From an uncultured Campylobacter sp. (GTDB lineage: Bacteria > Campylobacterota > Campylobacteria > Campylobacterales > Campylobacteraceae): a DNA stretch of 64,000 nt. Location of the stretch: the NCBI GenBank assembly GCA_964607975.1, contig CAZSMF010000001.1, positions 4,663 to 68,662 on the forward strand, in the 5' to 3' direction. The notes beneath the pieces are model-generated. The model had not been told where the DNA came from. It saw only the letters and a list, made by a program, of their open reading frames with translations, and did not search any database. Positions within the stretch are counted from its first letter, which is position 1, and every line of letters begins with the position of its first letter. The position numbers were made by a program, and so were the translations under genes. Positions 33,258 through 41,013 of this stretch are shown here, one piece after another.

Positions 33258-34367
33258 CTAAGGATTGATGATGTCTTTATATCGCTGTTTGCCGTCTTTA
33301 ACCTCTTTTAACACCAAAGAACGACTTGCATTACCGCTTTTGTCTATACTAATCAGCCCTGAAACGCCTTCAAAATTGCTTGTTGAGTGAATGGCATTGT
33401 TGATACACTCGCTATTTAAAGAATTTACGCATTTTTGCATTGCCTCAAACATTACAAAATAAGCATCAGCTCCCATAGCTGTGAAATTTGGCACTTCGGC
33501 TACACCTTTTTGCTTTTTGTATGCGGCTATGAATTCGTGGCTTAATTTTGTCGGCGGATTAGCATAATCAAAGCTATCTGTGAAGATATAACCCTCACTT
33601 GCCTTTCCGGCTAATTTGATAAAACTCTCATCAGCCGTGCCATCAGCTGAACCCATAGGCGTTGTAAGCCCAGCACTTCTTGCTTGTCTGACAAAAAGCG
33701 AAGCCTCGCTGTAATACACAGGCAAATAAATAAAGTCCGCTTTTAAGGCTTTAAGCTGTGCGATAATGGCTTTGTAGTCTTTATCGCCTGAGCTGATTTT
33801 CATTTTGGCAAGGATTTTACCGCCCTTTTGTGTGAATTCACTCTCAAAAGCCTTAGCCAAGCCCAAAGAATAATCCGTGCTTTGGTCTATAACTATGGCG
33901 ACATTTTTGTAATGTAATTTTTCAAAGACATATTTACCCAAAGATGAGCCTTGAAAGCTGTCTTTAAAGCACACTCTTGCTGAGTAAGATTTGCCATTTA
34001 AGAGCTTATCGCTTGTCGCAGCTGGTGCGATGAGTGGAATTTTCTTACTTTCAGCAACTGAAATGGCTTGCATAGTGTTTGCTGTTACCATTTCGCCGAT
34101 GATTCCTAAAACTTTATCTTGGGCGATGAGCCTTGTGGCTGCTGTTGCACTTTCTATTTTATCGCCTTTGGTGTCTAAAACAACGAGTTTGACACTGTCT
34201 CCATTGCTTAACTTGCTACGCATAGAATGCGCAAGTTTTATACCCTCATAAGCACTTTGTCCATAAGCTGCCGTAGCCCCTGTTAAAGGCATTATAATGC
34301 CTAAATTCAGCTCCTTAGCACTCACACAAACGATAAATACACTTAATAATGCAAAAATTTTTTTCAT
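33258..34367 (-). CDS. livK: Branched-chain amino acid periplasmic binding protein
   Basis: Signal peptide; PLTGATAAYG, DTKGDK and SARVCF; second of two paralogues, named by position. Confidence 0.82.
   Translation of the reverse strand: MKKIFALLSVFIVCVSAKELNLGIIMPLTGATAAYGQSAYEGIKLAHSMRSKLSNGDSVKLVVLDTKGDKIESATAATRLIAQDKVLGIIGEMVTANTMQAISVAESKKIPLIAPAATSDKLLNGKSYSARVCFKDSFQGSSLGKYVFEKLHYKNVAIVIDQSTDYSLGLAKAFESEFTQKGGKILAKMKISSGDKDYKAIIAQLKALKADFIYLPVYYSEASLFVRQARSAGLTTPMGSADGTADESFIKLAGKASEGYIFTDSFDYANPPTKLSHEFIAAYKKQKGVAEVPNFTAMGADAYFVMFEAMQKCVNSLNSECINNAIHSTSNFEGVSGLISIDKSGNASRSLVLKEVKDGKQRYKDIINP
33387..33427. repeat. 41-bp perfect repeat shared by livK and livJ (other copy 34506-34546)
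   Basis: gtgaatggcattgttgatacactcgctatttaaagaattta occurs at both sites; further identical blocks 33453-33486 = 34572-34605 and 33319-33347 = 34438-34466. Confidence 0.9.
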
Positions 34368-34376
34368 TTTTTATCC

Positions 34377-35486
34377 TTATGGGTTGATAGTGCTTTTATA
34401 CACTTGTTTGCCGCCTTGAATTTCTTTGATAACGACTGAACGACTTGCATTACCGCTTTTGTCTATGTTGATAACGCCACCAACGCTTTGAAAATCACTC
34501 GTTGCGTGAATGGCATTGTTGATACACTCGCTATTTAAAGAATTTAGGCATTTTTTCATCGCTTCAAAGACTACAAAATAAGCATCAGCTCCCATAGCTG
34601 TGAAAGCTGGAACGGCTTTTGAGCCTTTTGCTTTGTTATACTCATTGACAAAGTCCTTGCCAAGCTGTGTTGGTGGATTGTTATAATCAAAGCTATCCGT
34701 AAAAATCACCCCATTGACAGCCTCTCCGCCAAGTTCGATGAAGGTTTGATTATTCACGCCATCACCTGCGCTTAAAAGCTTGTTAAAGCCCACAGCCCTT
34801 GCTTGTTTAGCAATCAAAGCAGCCTCTGGGTGATAAATTGGCATATACACAAAGTCAGCTCCCGTGCTGTTAAGCTGTGAAACTATGGCTTTAAAGTCCT
34901 TATCACCAGAGCTTATCATCAGTTTTTTAAGCACCTTGCCGCCTTTTTTTGTGAATTCACTCTCAAAAACCTTAGCCAAACCCACAGAATACACATTCAC
35001 TTGGTCGCTAATGATGACAGCATTTTTTAGCCCAAGCGTGTTAAGGGCGTAATCTGCGAATTTTTCGCCTTGAAAACTATCCATAAAGCACACCCTGCTT
35101 GAATATTTCTTTTTATCCAAAAGCTTGTCCCCACTCGCCACAGGTGCAATCATCGGCACTTTTTTATTTTCAGCGACTGAAATGACTTGCATAGTGTTGG
35201 TTGTAATGGCTTCGCCTATGAGTGCAAGGACTTTATCTTGGGCGACAAGGCGAGTTGCAGCAGTTGAAGTTTCGATTTTATCGCCCTTGCTATCCACAAC
35301 GACAAGTTTTACTACATCGCCATTATCAAGCTTAAAGCTCATTTTATTGGCAAGTTCTATACCCGCATAAACATCTTGTCCGTAAGCAGCAAGTGAGCCT
35401 GTAAGAGGCAAGACAACGCCGATTTTAAGCTCTTTTGCGTTCAGCACACTAGCTAAAAGTAACGCACACAAGGCTAGTTTTTTCAT
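34377..35486 (-). CDS. livJ: Branched-chain amino acid periplasmic binding protein
   Basis: Signal peptide; PLTGSLAAYG, DSKGDK and SSRVCF; first of two paralogues, named by position. Confidence 0.82.
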   Translation of the reverse strand: MKKLALCALLLASVLNAKELKIGVVLPLTGSLAAYGQDVYAGIELANKMSFKLDNGDVVKLVVVDSKGDKIETSTAATRLVAQDKVLALIGEAITTNTMQVISVAENKKVPMIAPVASGDKLLDKKKYSSRVCFMDSFQGEKFADYALNTLGLKNAVIISDQVNVYSVGLAKVFESEFTKKGGKVLKKLMISSGDKDFKAIVSQLNSTGADFVYMPIYHPEAALIAKQARAVGFNKLLSAGDGVNNQTFIELGGEAVNGVIFTDSFDYNNPPTQLGKDFVNEYNKAKGSKAVPAFTAMGADAYFVVFEAMKKCLNSLNSECINNAIHATSDFQSVGGVINIDKSGNASRSVVIKEIQGGKQVYKSTINP

Positions 35487-35557
35487 TTATTTTCCTTTGT
35501 AGTGAATTTTTAATGCAAAATTATATCATAAAAATTTGACTTTAAATGCTTAAAAGC

Positions 35558-36496
35558 TTAATGCAAATTTTCTATGTAATTTAAAGCCGATAAGGCTGCC
35601 ATAGCTCCGTCTCCTGCGGCACAAACCACTTGTTTTGGAGCATCCTTTCGTAAATCCCCAGCGACAAACAATCCAGCGACATTTGTCTGCATTTTAAGAT
35701 TGACACTTACCTGTCCGCCCTGTTCCATAGCACACAAAAATTCGCCATTTTCCTGTCTTAAAATTTCATTTCTCACATCAAGTCCCACAAAGACAAAAAT
35801 GCCCGGCACTTGTAAATCCCTTAAATTCCCATCTTTAAGCTTGATTTTAAGCCCCAAAAGTCCGCTTGTATCTCCGTAAGCTTCATCTATCGTAGCGTCT
35901 GTGATAAATTCGATTTTTTCATTTTTTCTTGCTTTTTCAAGGGTAAGCGGTGCGGCACGAAATTCAGCTCGGCGATGAATGACATAAACCTTGCTGCAAA
36001 TATTTGCCAAATACAAAGCCTCTTCTATGGCGGTGTCCCCACCTCCAAGCACGGCTACTTCTTTATTTTTATAAAAAAAGCCATCACAAGTGGCACAAGT
36101 GCTAACGCCCCTGCCAAAAAATTCAGCCTCTCCCTTAAAACCTGCTTTTCGCGGAGCTGAACCCGTGCAAACTATCACAGCTTTGGCTTTTTCTTCCTTT
36201 CCACCCTCGATAAAAACGCTAAAACTATTATCAGTATTTTTGCTTACTCTTTCAACGCTTACCATTTCGTGCTTTAAGCCAAAACGCATACATTGCTCGT
36301 TCCACGGAGCCATAAAAGACATTCCGTCTGTTACTTGGGCTATGCCCGGATAGTTTTCTATTTCAGAGCTTGATGTGATTTGTCCGCCCGGCATTCCTTT
36401 CTCAAACATCACGACATTTTTAAGTCCGCCTCGTGTGGCGTATAGTCCAGCAGCGAGTCCAGCAGGACCTCCACCAATGATAGCTAAATCTAACAT
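35558..36496 (-). CDS. trxB: Thioredoxin reductase
   Basis: GGGPAG, CATCDG, GGGDTA and VAGD motifs. Confidence 0.97.
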   Translation of the reverse strand: MLDLAIIGGGPAGLAAGLYATRGGLKNVVMFEKGMPGGQITSSSEIENYPGIAQVTDGMSFMAPWNEQCMRFGLKHEMVSVERVSKNTDNSFSVFIEGGKEEKAKAVIVCTGSAPRKAGFKGEAEFFGRGVSTCATCDGFFYKNKEVAVLGGGDTAIEEALYLANICSKVYVIHRRAEFRAAPLTLEKARKNEKIEFITDATIDEAYGDTSGLLGLKIKLKDGNLRDLQVPGIFVFVGLDVRNEILRQENGEFLCAMEQGGQVSVNLKMQTNVAGLFVAGDLRKDAPKQVVCAAGDGAMAALSALNYIENLH

Positions 36497-36538
36497 TAAC
36501 TTTTCCTTTATTTTATGAATTTTTAGGCTTTTTCAAAT

Positions 36539-36566
36539 AAAATTTGCCATAAATAAGGCAAATTTT
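36539..36566. promoter_or_regulatory. Perfect 10-8-10 inverted repeat upstream of trxB
   Basis: AAAATTTGCC-ATAAATAA-GGCAAATTTT. Confidence 0.5.
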
Positions 36567-36762
36567 CTATTTTTAAAGCCATAAGTGAAATTATAATCAA
36601 CAAAAATTATCATTAAGCTAATTTCGCCACATTTATGATTAAAATTTGGTAAATTTGTAACAAAGCTTGAAAAAATAACACGATAATAATAGAGGATTTA
36701 AACAGCTTTTAAACAAAGAAATGCTATATTTATGCCAAATTTTAAAAATTAAAGGAGACAAG

Positions 36763-38886
36763 ATGAACCTAGCCTCAAAAATTGCTTGGGTTTTAGTTGC
36801 CGTTTTGGCGGCGTGGTGCTTTGGCGTTCTTGCCTTAAACACAGGCGAGACTATAAGTGCAGCGTGGCTTGTGGTAGCCGCAGTGTGCTTTTATATGATA
36901 GGCTATCGCTTTTACAGCAAATACATTGCTGAAAAGGTGTTAGAGCTTGATGATAACCGTGCAACACCAGCTGTGGTGAAAAATGACGGGCGAGATTTTG
37001 TCCCAACGAACAAAATCGTGCTTTTTGGACACCATTTTGCTGCCATTGCTGGTGCTGGACCTTTGGTTGGACCTATACTAGCTGCACAAATGGGCTATTT
37101 ACCAAGTCTCATTTGGGTTGTCGTGGGCGTTGTTTTAGCTGGTGCGGTGCATGACTTTACAGTGCTTTTTTGCTCTATGCGTAGAAATGGCAAGAGTTTG
37201 GGCGAAATTATCAAGCTAGAACTTGGAAAAGGCGTAGGAAGCATTGCGATGATAGGAATTTTAGGCATTATGATGCTCATTATCGCCATACTCGCTCTCG
37301 TTGTCGTCAATGCTTTGGCTGATTCTCCTTGGGGACTTTTCACCATTGCTATGACTATACCAATCGCCATTTTTATGGGAATTTATATGCGTTTTATCCG
37401 TCCGGGCAGAGTGGGTGAAGCTAGTATCATAGGCTTTGTTCTCTTGCTTTTGGCACTTTATTTTGGACGCGATGTCGCTCAAAGTGAGACTTTAAGTGCG
37501 ATTTTCAAGCTTTCTCCTGTAACGCTTACTTATGTCATCATCGCTTATGGCTTTATCGCGGCGATTTTACCTGTGTGGTTTTTACTCGCACCAAGGGATT
37601 ATTTAAGCACATTTTTGAAAATTGGCGTTATCGTGCTTATGGCACTTGGAATCTTATATGTCGCCCCTGATGTGCAATTTGCCGCTACGACTAAATTTAT
37701 AGACGGCACGGGACCTGTTTTTAGCGGACAGCTTTTCCCTTTCTTGTTTATCACTATCGCTTGTGGTGCGATTAGTGGTTTCCACGCCCTTGTTTCAAGC
37801 GGAACAACTCCAAAAATGCTTGAAAAAGAATCTCACGCTAGAATGGTAGGCTACGGCTCAATGATAATGGAATCAGCCGTTGCTGTAATGGCGTTAATCG
37901 CTGCTGTGATTTTAACTCCGGGCTTGTATTTTTCTGTCAATGTCGCTCCTGCTGGGCTTGGCACAGCTGGTGTGAAAGATGTTGCCGAAGCAGCAGCCAT
38001 TGCCGCACAGACTATCAGCTCTTGGGGCTTTACTATAAGTCCTGAGGATATTTTAAATAAAGCCACAGAAATTGGTGAGAATTCCATACTTAGCAAAACA
38101 GGCGGTGCGCCGACTTTTGCCATTGGTTTAGCTACTATCATTTCGCAAGTGCCTTTGTTTAACTCAGGCTCAACAGCGTTTTGGTATCATTTTGCCATAC
38201 TTTTTGAAGCCTTATTTATTTTAACAGCCGTTGATGCGGGAACTCGTGCGGGTAGATTTATGGTGCAAGATGTTTTGGGTAATGTGTATAAGCCAATAGG
38301 TAATATCCAGTCTATGCCTTGGGGCATTGTCGCTACGCTCATTTGTGTGGCTGGTTGGGGCTACATACTCTATCAAGGTGTTACAGACCCACAAGGTGGG
38401 ATTAAATCTCTTTGGACTCTCTTTGGCGTTAGCAATCAAATGCTTGCAGGTATCGCACTACTCACCGTTATTACCATACTCTTTAAAATGGGTAAGGCAA
38501 AACAAGCTTGGGTTGTCATACTTCCAGCAGCTTGGGTGCTATTTAGCACACTTTATGCAGGTGTTTGCAAACTTTTACCAGCAAATGGCGAAAAAATTCA
38601 CGATGCCGTTTCTCACATTGCTTTGTGGCAAAACAACAAAGCAAAGGCTGCTGAGGCTTTGGCACAGGGATTAAGCGAACAGGCTGATAAATTGCAAACC
38701 ATAGCGACAAACAACCTCATCAACGCCTTTTTATGCGGCTTGTTTATGTTTGTAACTTGCCTTGTTTTAATCCAATGCATTCGCATTTGCATCAAGTGCA
38801 TAAGAGGCAAAAACGACATTCCACTTGCCGAAACAAAATACCTTAAAGCGAGTGCTTATGAGGGCAAGATAGCCGCACACGGATGA
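36763..38886 (+). CDS. cstA: Carbon starvation protein A (peptide/pyruvate transporter); true start ATG 36763
   Basis: DGRDFVP, GHHFAAIAGAGPLVGP, ACGAISGFH and DAGTR; AAGGAG RBS; TGcTATATT -10 at 36722-36730. Confidence 0.96.
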   Translation: MNLASKIAWVLVAVLAAWCFGVLALNTGETISAAWLVVAAVCFYMIGYRFYSKYIAEKVLELDDNRATPAVVKNDGRDFVPTNKIVLFGHHFAAIAGAGPLVGPILAAQMGYLPSLIWVVVGVVLAGAVHDFTVLFCSMRRNGKSLGEIIKLELGKGVGSIAMIGILGIMMLIIAILALVVVNALADSPWGLFTIAMTIPIAIFMGIYMRFIRPGRVGEASIIGFVLLLLALYFGRDVAQSETLSAIFKLSPVTLTYVIIAYGFIAAILPVWFLLAPRDYLSTFLKIGVIVLMALGILYVAPDVQFAATTKFIDGTGPVFSGQLFPFLFITIACGAISGFHALVSSGTTPKMLEKESHARMVGYGSMIMESAVAVMALIAAVILTPGLYFSVNVAPAGLGTAGVKDVAEAAAIAAQTISSWGFTISPEDILNKATEIGENSILSKTGGAPTFAIGLATIISQVPLFNSGSTAFWYHFAILFEALFILTAVDAGTRAGRFMVQDVLGNVYKPIGNIQSMPWGIVATLICVAGWGYILYQGVTDPQGGIKSLWTLFGVSNQMLAGIALLTVITILFKMGKAKQAWVVILPAAWVLFSTLYAGVCKLLPANGEKIHDAVSHIALWQNNKAKAAEALAQGLSEQADKLQTIATNNLINAFLCGLFMFVTCLVLIQCIRICIKCIRGKNDIPLAETKYLKASAYEGKIAAHG

Positions 38887-39101
38887 AAAAGGGTAAATTT
38901 AGAGCGTTTATAGAGCGAATTGCTAGGCTTTATAGACGCTCAGATAGGTTCGTTCATTTATTAGTCGGGCTTCCTAGCTATGATAAATATGTCGAGCATA
39001 TGCACTTGCACCACCCTGACAAAACTCCAAAGTCTCGCAAGGAATTTTTCAAAGAGGCTTTGGATAAAAAATATGGTGCTGATGGAGCAAAGTGCTGTTA
39101 A
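38883..39101 (+). CDS. YbdD/YjiX family small protein (CstA partner)
   Basis: GLPSYDKYVEHM..HP, EFF and C-terminal CC; overlaps the cstA stop. Confidence 0.9.
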   Translation: MKKGKFRAFIERIARLYRRSDRFVHLLVGLPSYDKYVEHMHLHHPDKTPKSRKEFFKEALDKKYGADGAKCC

Positions 39102-39109
39102 AAGCTTGT

Positions 39110-39241
39110 GTGCGAGGTTCGCACGGACAAAAAACATTTTTTACCGCTTTGATAGCGTTTTGACAAATAAAATTTTGCTTAAAGGCGTTAAACGCTTTTT
39201 TGCTAGGACTTTACGCAATGTGGTGAGCGTAAATGGGAGGT
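39110..39241 (+). promoter_or_regulatory. Multi-hairpin leader/intergenic region ending in a strong SD for modD
   Basis: Stems GTGCGA/TCGCAC, CGCT/AGCG, AAAGGCGT/ACGCTTTT plus T-run, and TTTACGC/GCGTAAA; then GGGAGGT. Confidence 0.5.
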
Positions 39242-39244
39242 GAA

Positions 39245-40084
39245 ATGCTTGATTTTAGCGATGAGGAATTGCTAAATTTACTTCATCAAGATGTGCCTTA
39301 CCTTGATAATACGAGCTTTGGCTTAAACATTAAAACTAGGGCTGCTTTGGAATTTTTTCCCAAAAAAGACGCCCTTGTGCTGTGTGGCATTGATGAATGT
39401 TTGCAACTTGCTCGAATTTTAGGCATTGAATGCAAATTTTCTGCCCCAAATTCAAGTCAAATTCAGCCAAAAGAAGTGTTTTTATCCTTGCGAGGTGAGG
39501 CTTTGAGCCTACTTCGTGTGGCAAAAAGTTTTCAAAATATCCTAGAACACGCTAGTAGCGTAGCCACTTACACCAACGCTATGTTAAAAATCGCTCGAAA
39601 AGTTAATCCTCAAATCACCCTGCTTGGCACACGAAAAACTATGCCCTTTGCGAAAAAACTCCTGCTCAAAGCACTCATTAGCGGCGGTGGTTTGCCTCAT
39701 CGATATGGGTTAAGCGATAGTGTGCTACTCTTTAAAGAGCATCGTTTGCTTTGCAAGGACTTAAAAGAGGACTTTGCAAGGCTTAAAAACTCCTTCAAGG
39801 AGCATAAAATCATCGTTGAAGTAGAAAATGAGGAGGAGGCGGAGTATTTTGCGAATTTAGGGGCAGATATTTTGCAATGTGAGCGGTTTGAGTGTGAGAA
39901 TTTAAGGGCTTTGGTGGGTAAAATGAGGGCGAAATTCCCGCACATTTTGCTTTCTGCCACAGGAGGCATAGATAAAGAAAATGTGGCTGAATTTGCCAAA
40001 ACGGGCGTGGATATGGTGGTTAGCACTGCAATGTATAGGGCAAAAATCCTTGATGTAAAAGCCAATTTTTCAAGGCTTGATTAA
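39245..40084 (+). CDS. modD: ModD / quinolinate phosphoribosyltransferase-like protein; start ATG 39245
   Basis: DVPYLD, GTRKT, HRYGLSD, FKEH, VEVE, QCERF and TGGI (ModD-type rather than NadC KDNH/LDN). Confidence 0.85.
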   Translation: MLDFSDEELLNLLHQDVPYLDNTSFGLNIKTRAALEFFPKKDALVLCGIDECLQLARILGIECKFSAPNSSQIQPKEVFLSLRGEALSLLRVAKSFQNILEHASSVATYTNAMLKIARKVNPQITLLGTRKTMPFAKKLLLKALISGGGLPHRYGLSDSVLLFKEHRLLCKDLKEDFARLKNSFKEHKIIVEVENEEEAEYFANLGADILQCERFECENLRALVGKMRAKFPHILLSATGGIDKENVAEFAKTGVDMVVSTAMYRAKILDVKANFSRLD

Positions 40085-40230
40085 AAACTCAAATACTCTT
40101 TTATCAGCTTTTGACTGCATTTGTGCTTTGATTTATTTAAAGCTAAAAATGCTTTCATAGTCGCAAGTATGCAAAGTTTTATCGTAAGGCACATTTTAGC
40201 CTCACTCATTTGCTTGAAATTGCTGAAATT

Positions 40231-40833
40231 TTAGAAGTTGATGTGCGTAAAAGGATTGACTATCCCTTTAATTTCATTTGGAAGTAAAGATTGGCGAATA
40301 TGCCTTGCTTTTATCTCAAACCAAGCATTTGCTTTCTTTTGCAAATCATAAGATTGTTTCACTCTCTTTGGCGGAACAAGCAGTATAAGCCTTTTGTTTG
40401 GAAAAAGTTGCCTGAATTTAACAATAGTTGAGTTCAAATCCGTATCCGCTGTAATCAAAAAAGCCTTGTCTATTTTATTTAAAAAAGCATCTTCTAAAAG
40501 CTGTATGGCTATATTTACATCACTTTCTTTTTCCTCATAAGTTTGATACTTTCCACCGCATATTTTGCATTTTGGATATTTCTTTTTAAATTTACCTAAA
40601 ATAGTGCGAACACTAGAATTTTCCAAAGCTTTGGTGTAAATTTGGTGTCGTGCTTTTTTTGCATAATCAAAATTTGTATAAGCGGTAAAATAATAAACTT
40701 CATTCAAAATATCTTCTTTGTCTAAAAATAAAGAACACATTTTGCGTAAATCAAGCCATTTAAAAGCATTGTTTTTAAGCTCTTTAAGAGAATAGTAAAG
40801 ATTAAATCCGTCTATATAAGCATTAACACGCAT
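40231..40833 (-). CDS. NYN (LabA/DUF88, PIN-like) domain ribonuclease
   Basis: YIDGFNLY, WLDL, YYFTA, EEKESDVNIA and ITADTDL acidic motifs intact; CKIC insert; visibly more AT-rich than its neighbours. Confidence 0.9.
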   Translation of the reverse strand: MRVNAYIDGFNLYYSLKELKNNAFKWLDLRKMCSLFLDKEDILNEVYYFTAYTNFDYAKKARHQIYTKALENSSVRTILGKFKKKYPKCKICGGKYQTYEEKESDVNIAIQLLEDAFLNKIDKAFLITADTDLNSTIVKFRQLFPNKRLILLVPPKRVKQSYDLQKKANAWFEIKARHIRQSLLPNEIKGIVNPFTHINF

Positions 40834-40909
40834 AAAAACCCAAGAAGTAAAGTCCGCCCAAAAGGGCGGCTACTACCATAAAGATAAGTAGGAAAACGCA
40901 CCTATTATA
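40834..40909 (-). promoter_or_regulatory. Sigma70 promoter and structured 5' leader of the NYN gene
   Basis: TATAAT on the minus strand at 40909-40904; stem CCGCCC-UUUU-GGGCGG at 40854-40869; second imperfect stem just 5' of it; no AGGA SD. Confidence 0.65.
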
Positions 40910-40967
40910 CATTTTTTCAGTAAATGATAAAAAACAACGCTTTTCAATGCGATGATTAGCTAAAAAA

Positions 40968-40976
40968 TGCTATACT
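40968..40976 (+). promoter_or_regulatory. Extended -10 promoter for uvrA
   Basis: TGcTATACT; AAGGA RBS before the TTG start. Confidence 0.6.
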
Positions 40977-41013
40977 TCAAGCCCAAATAAATTTACACAT
41001 TCAAGGACATATT

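Noticed and set aside
39102-39244. Assignment of the modD leader to a known Moco or NAD riboswitch class
   Set aside because: Consensus elements were not recognisable by eye; kept only as an unassigned candidate
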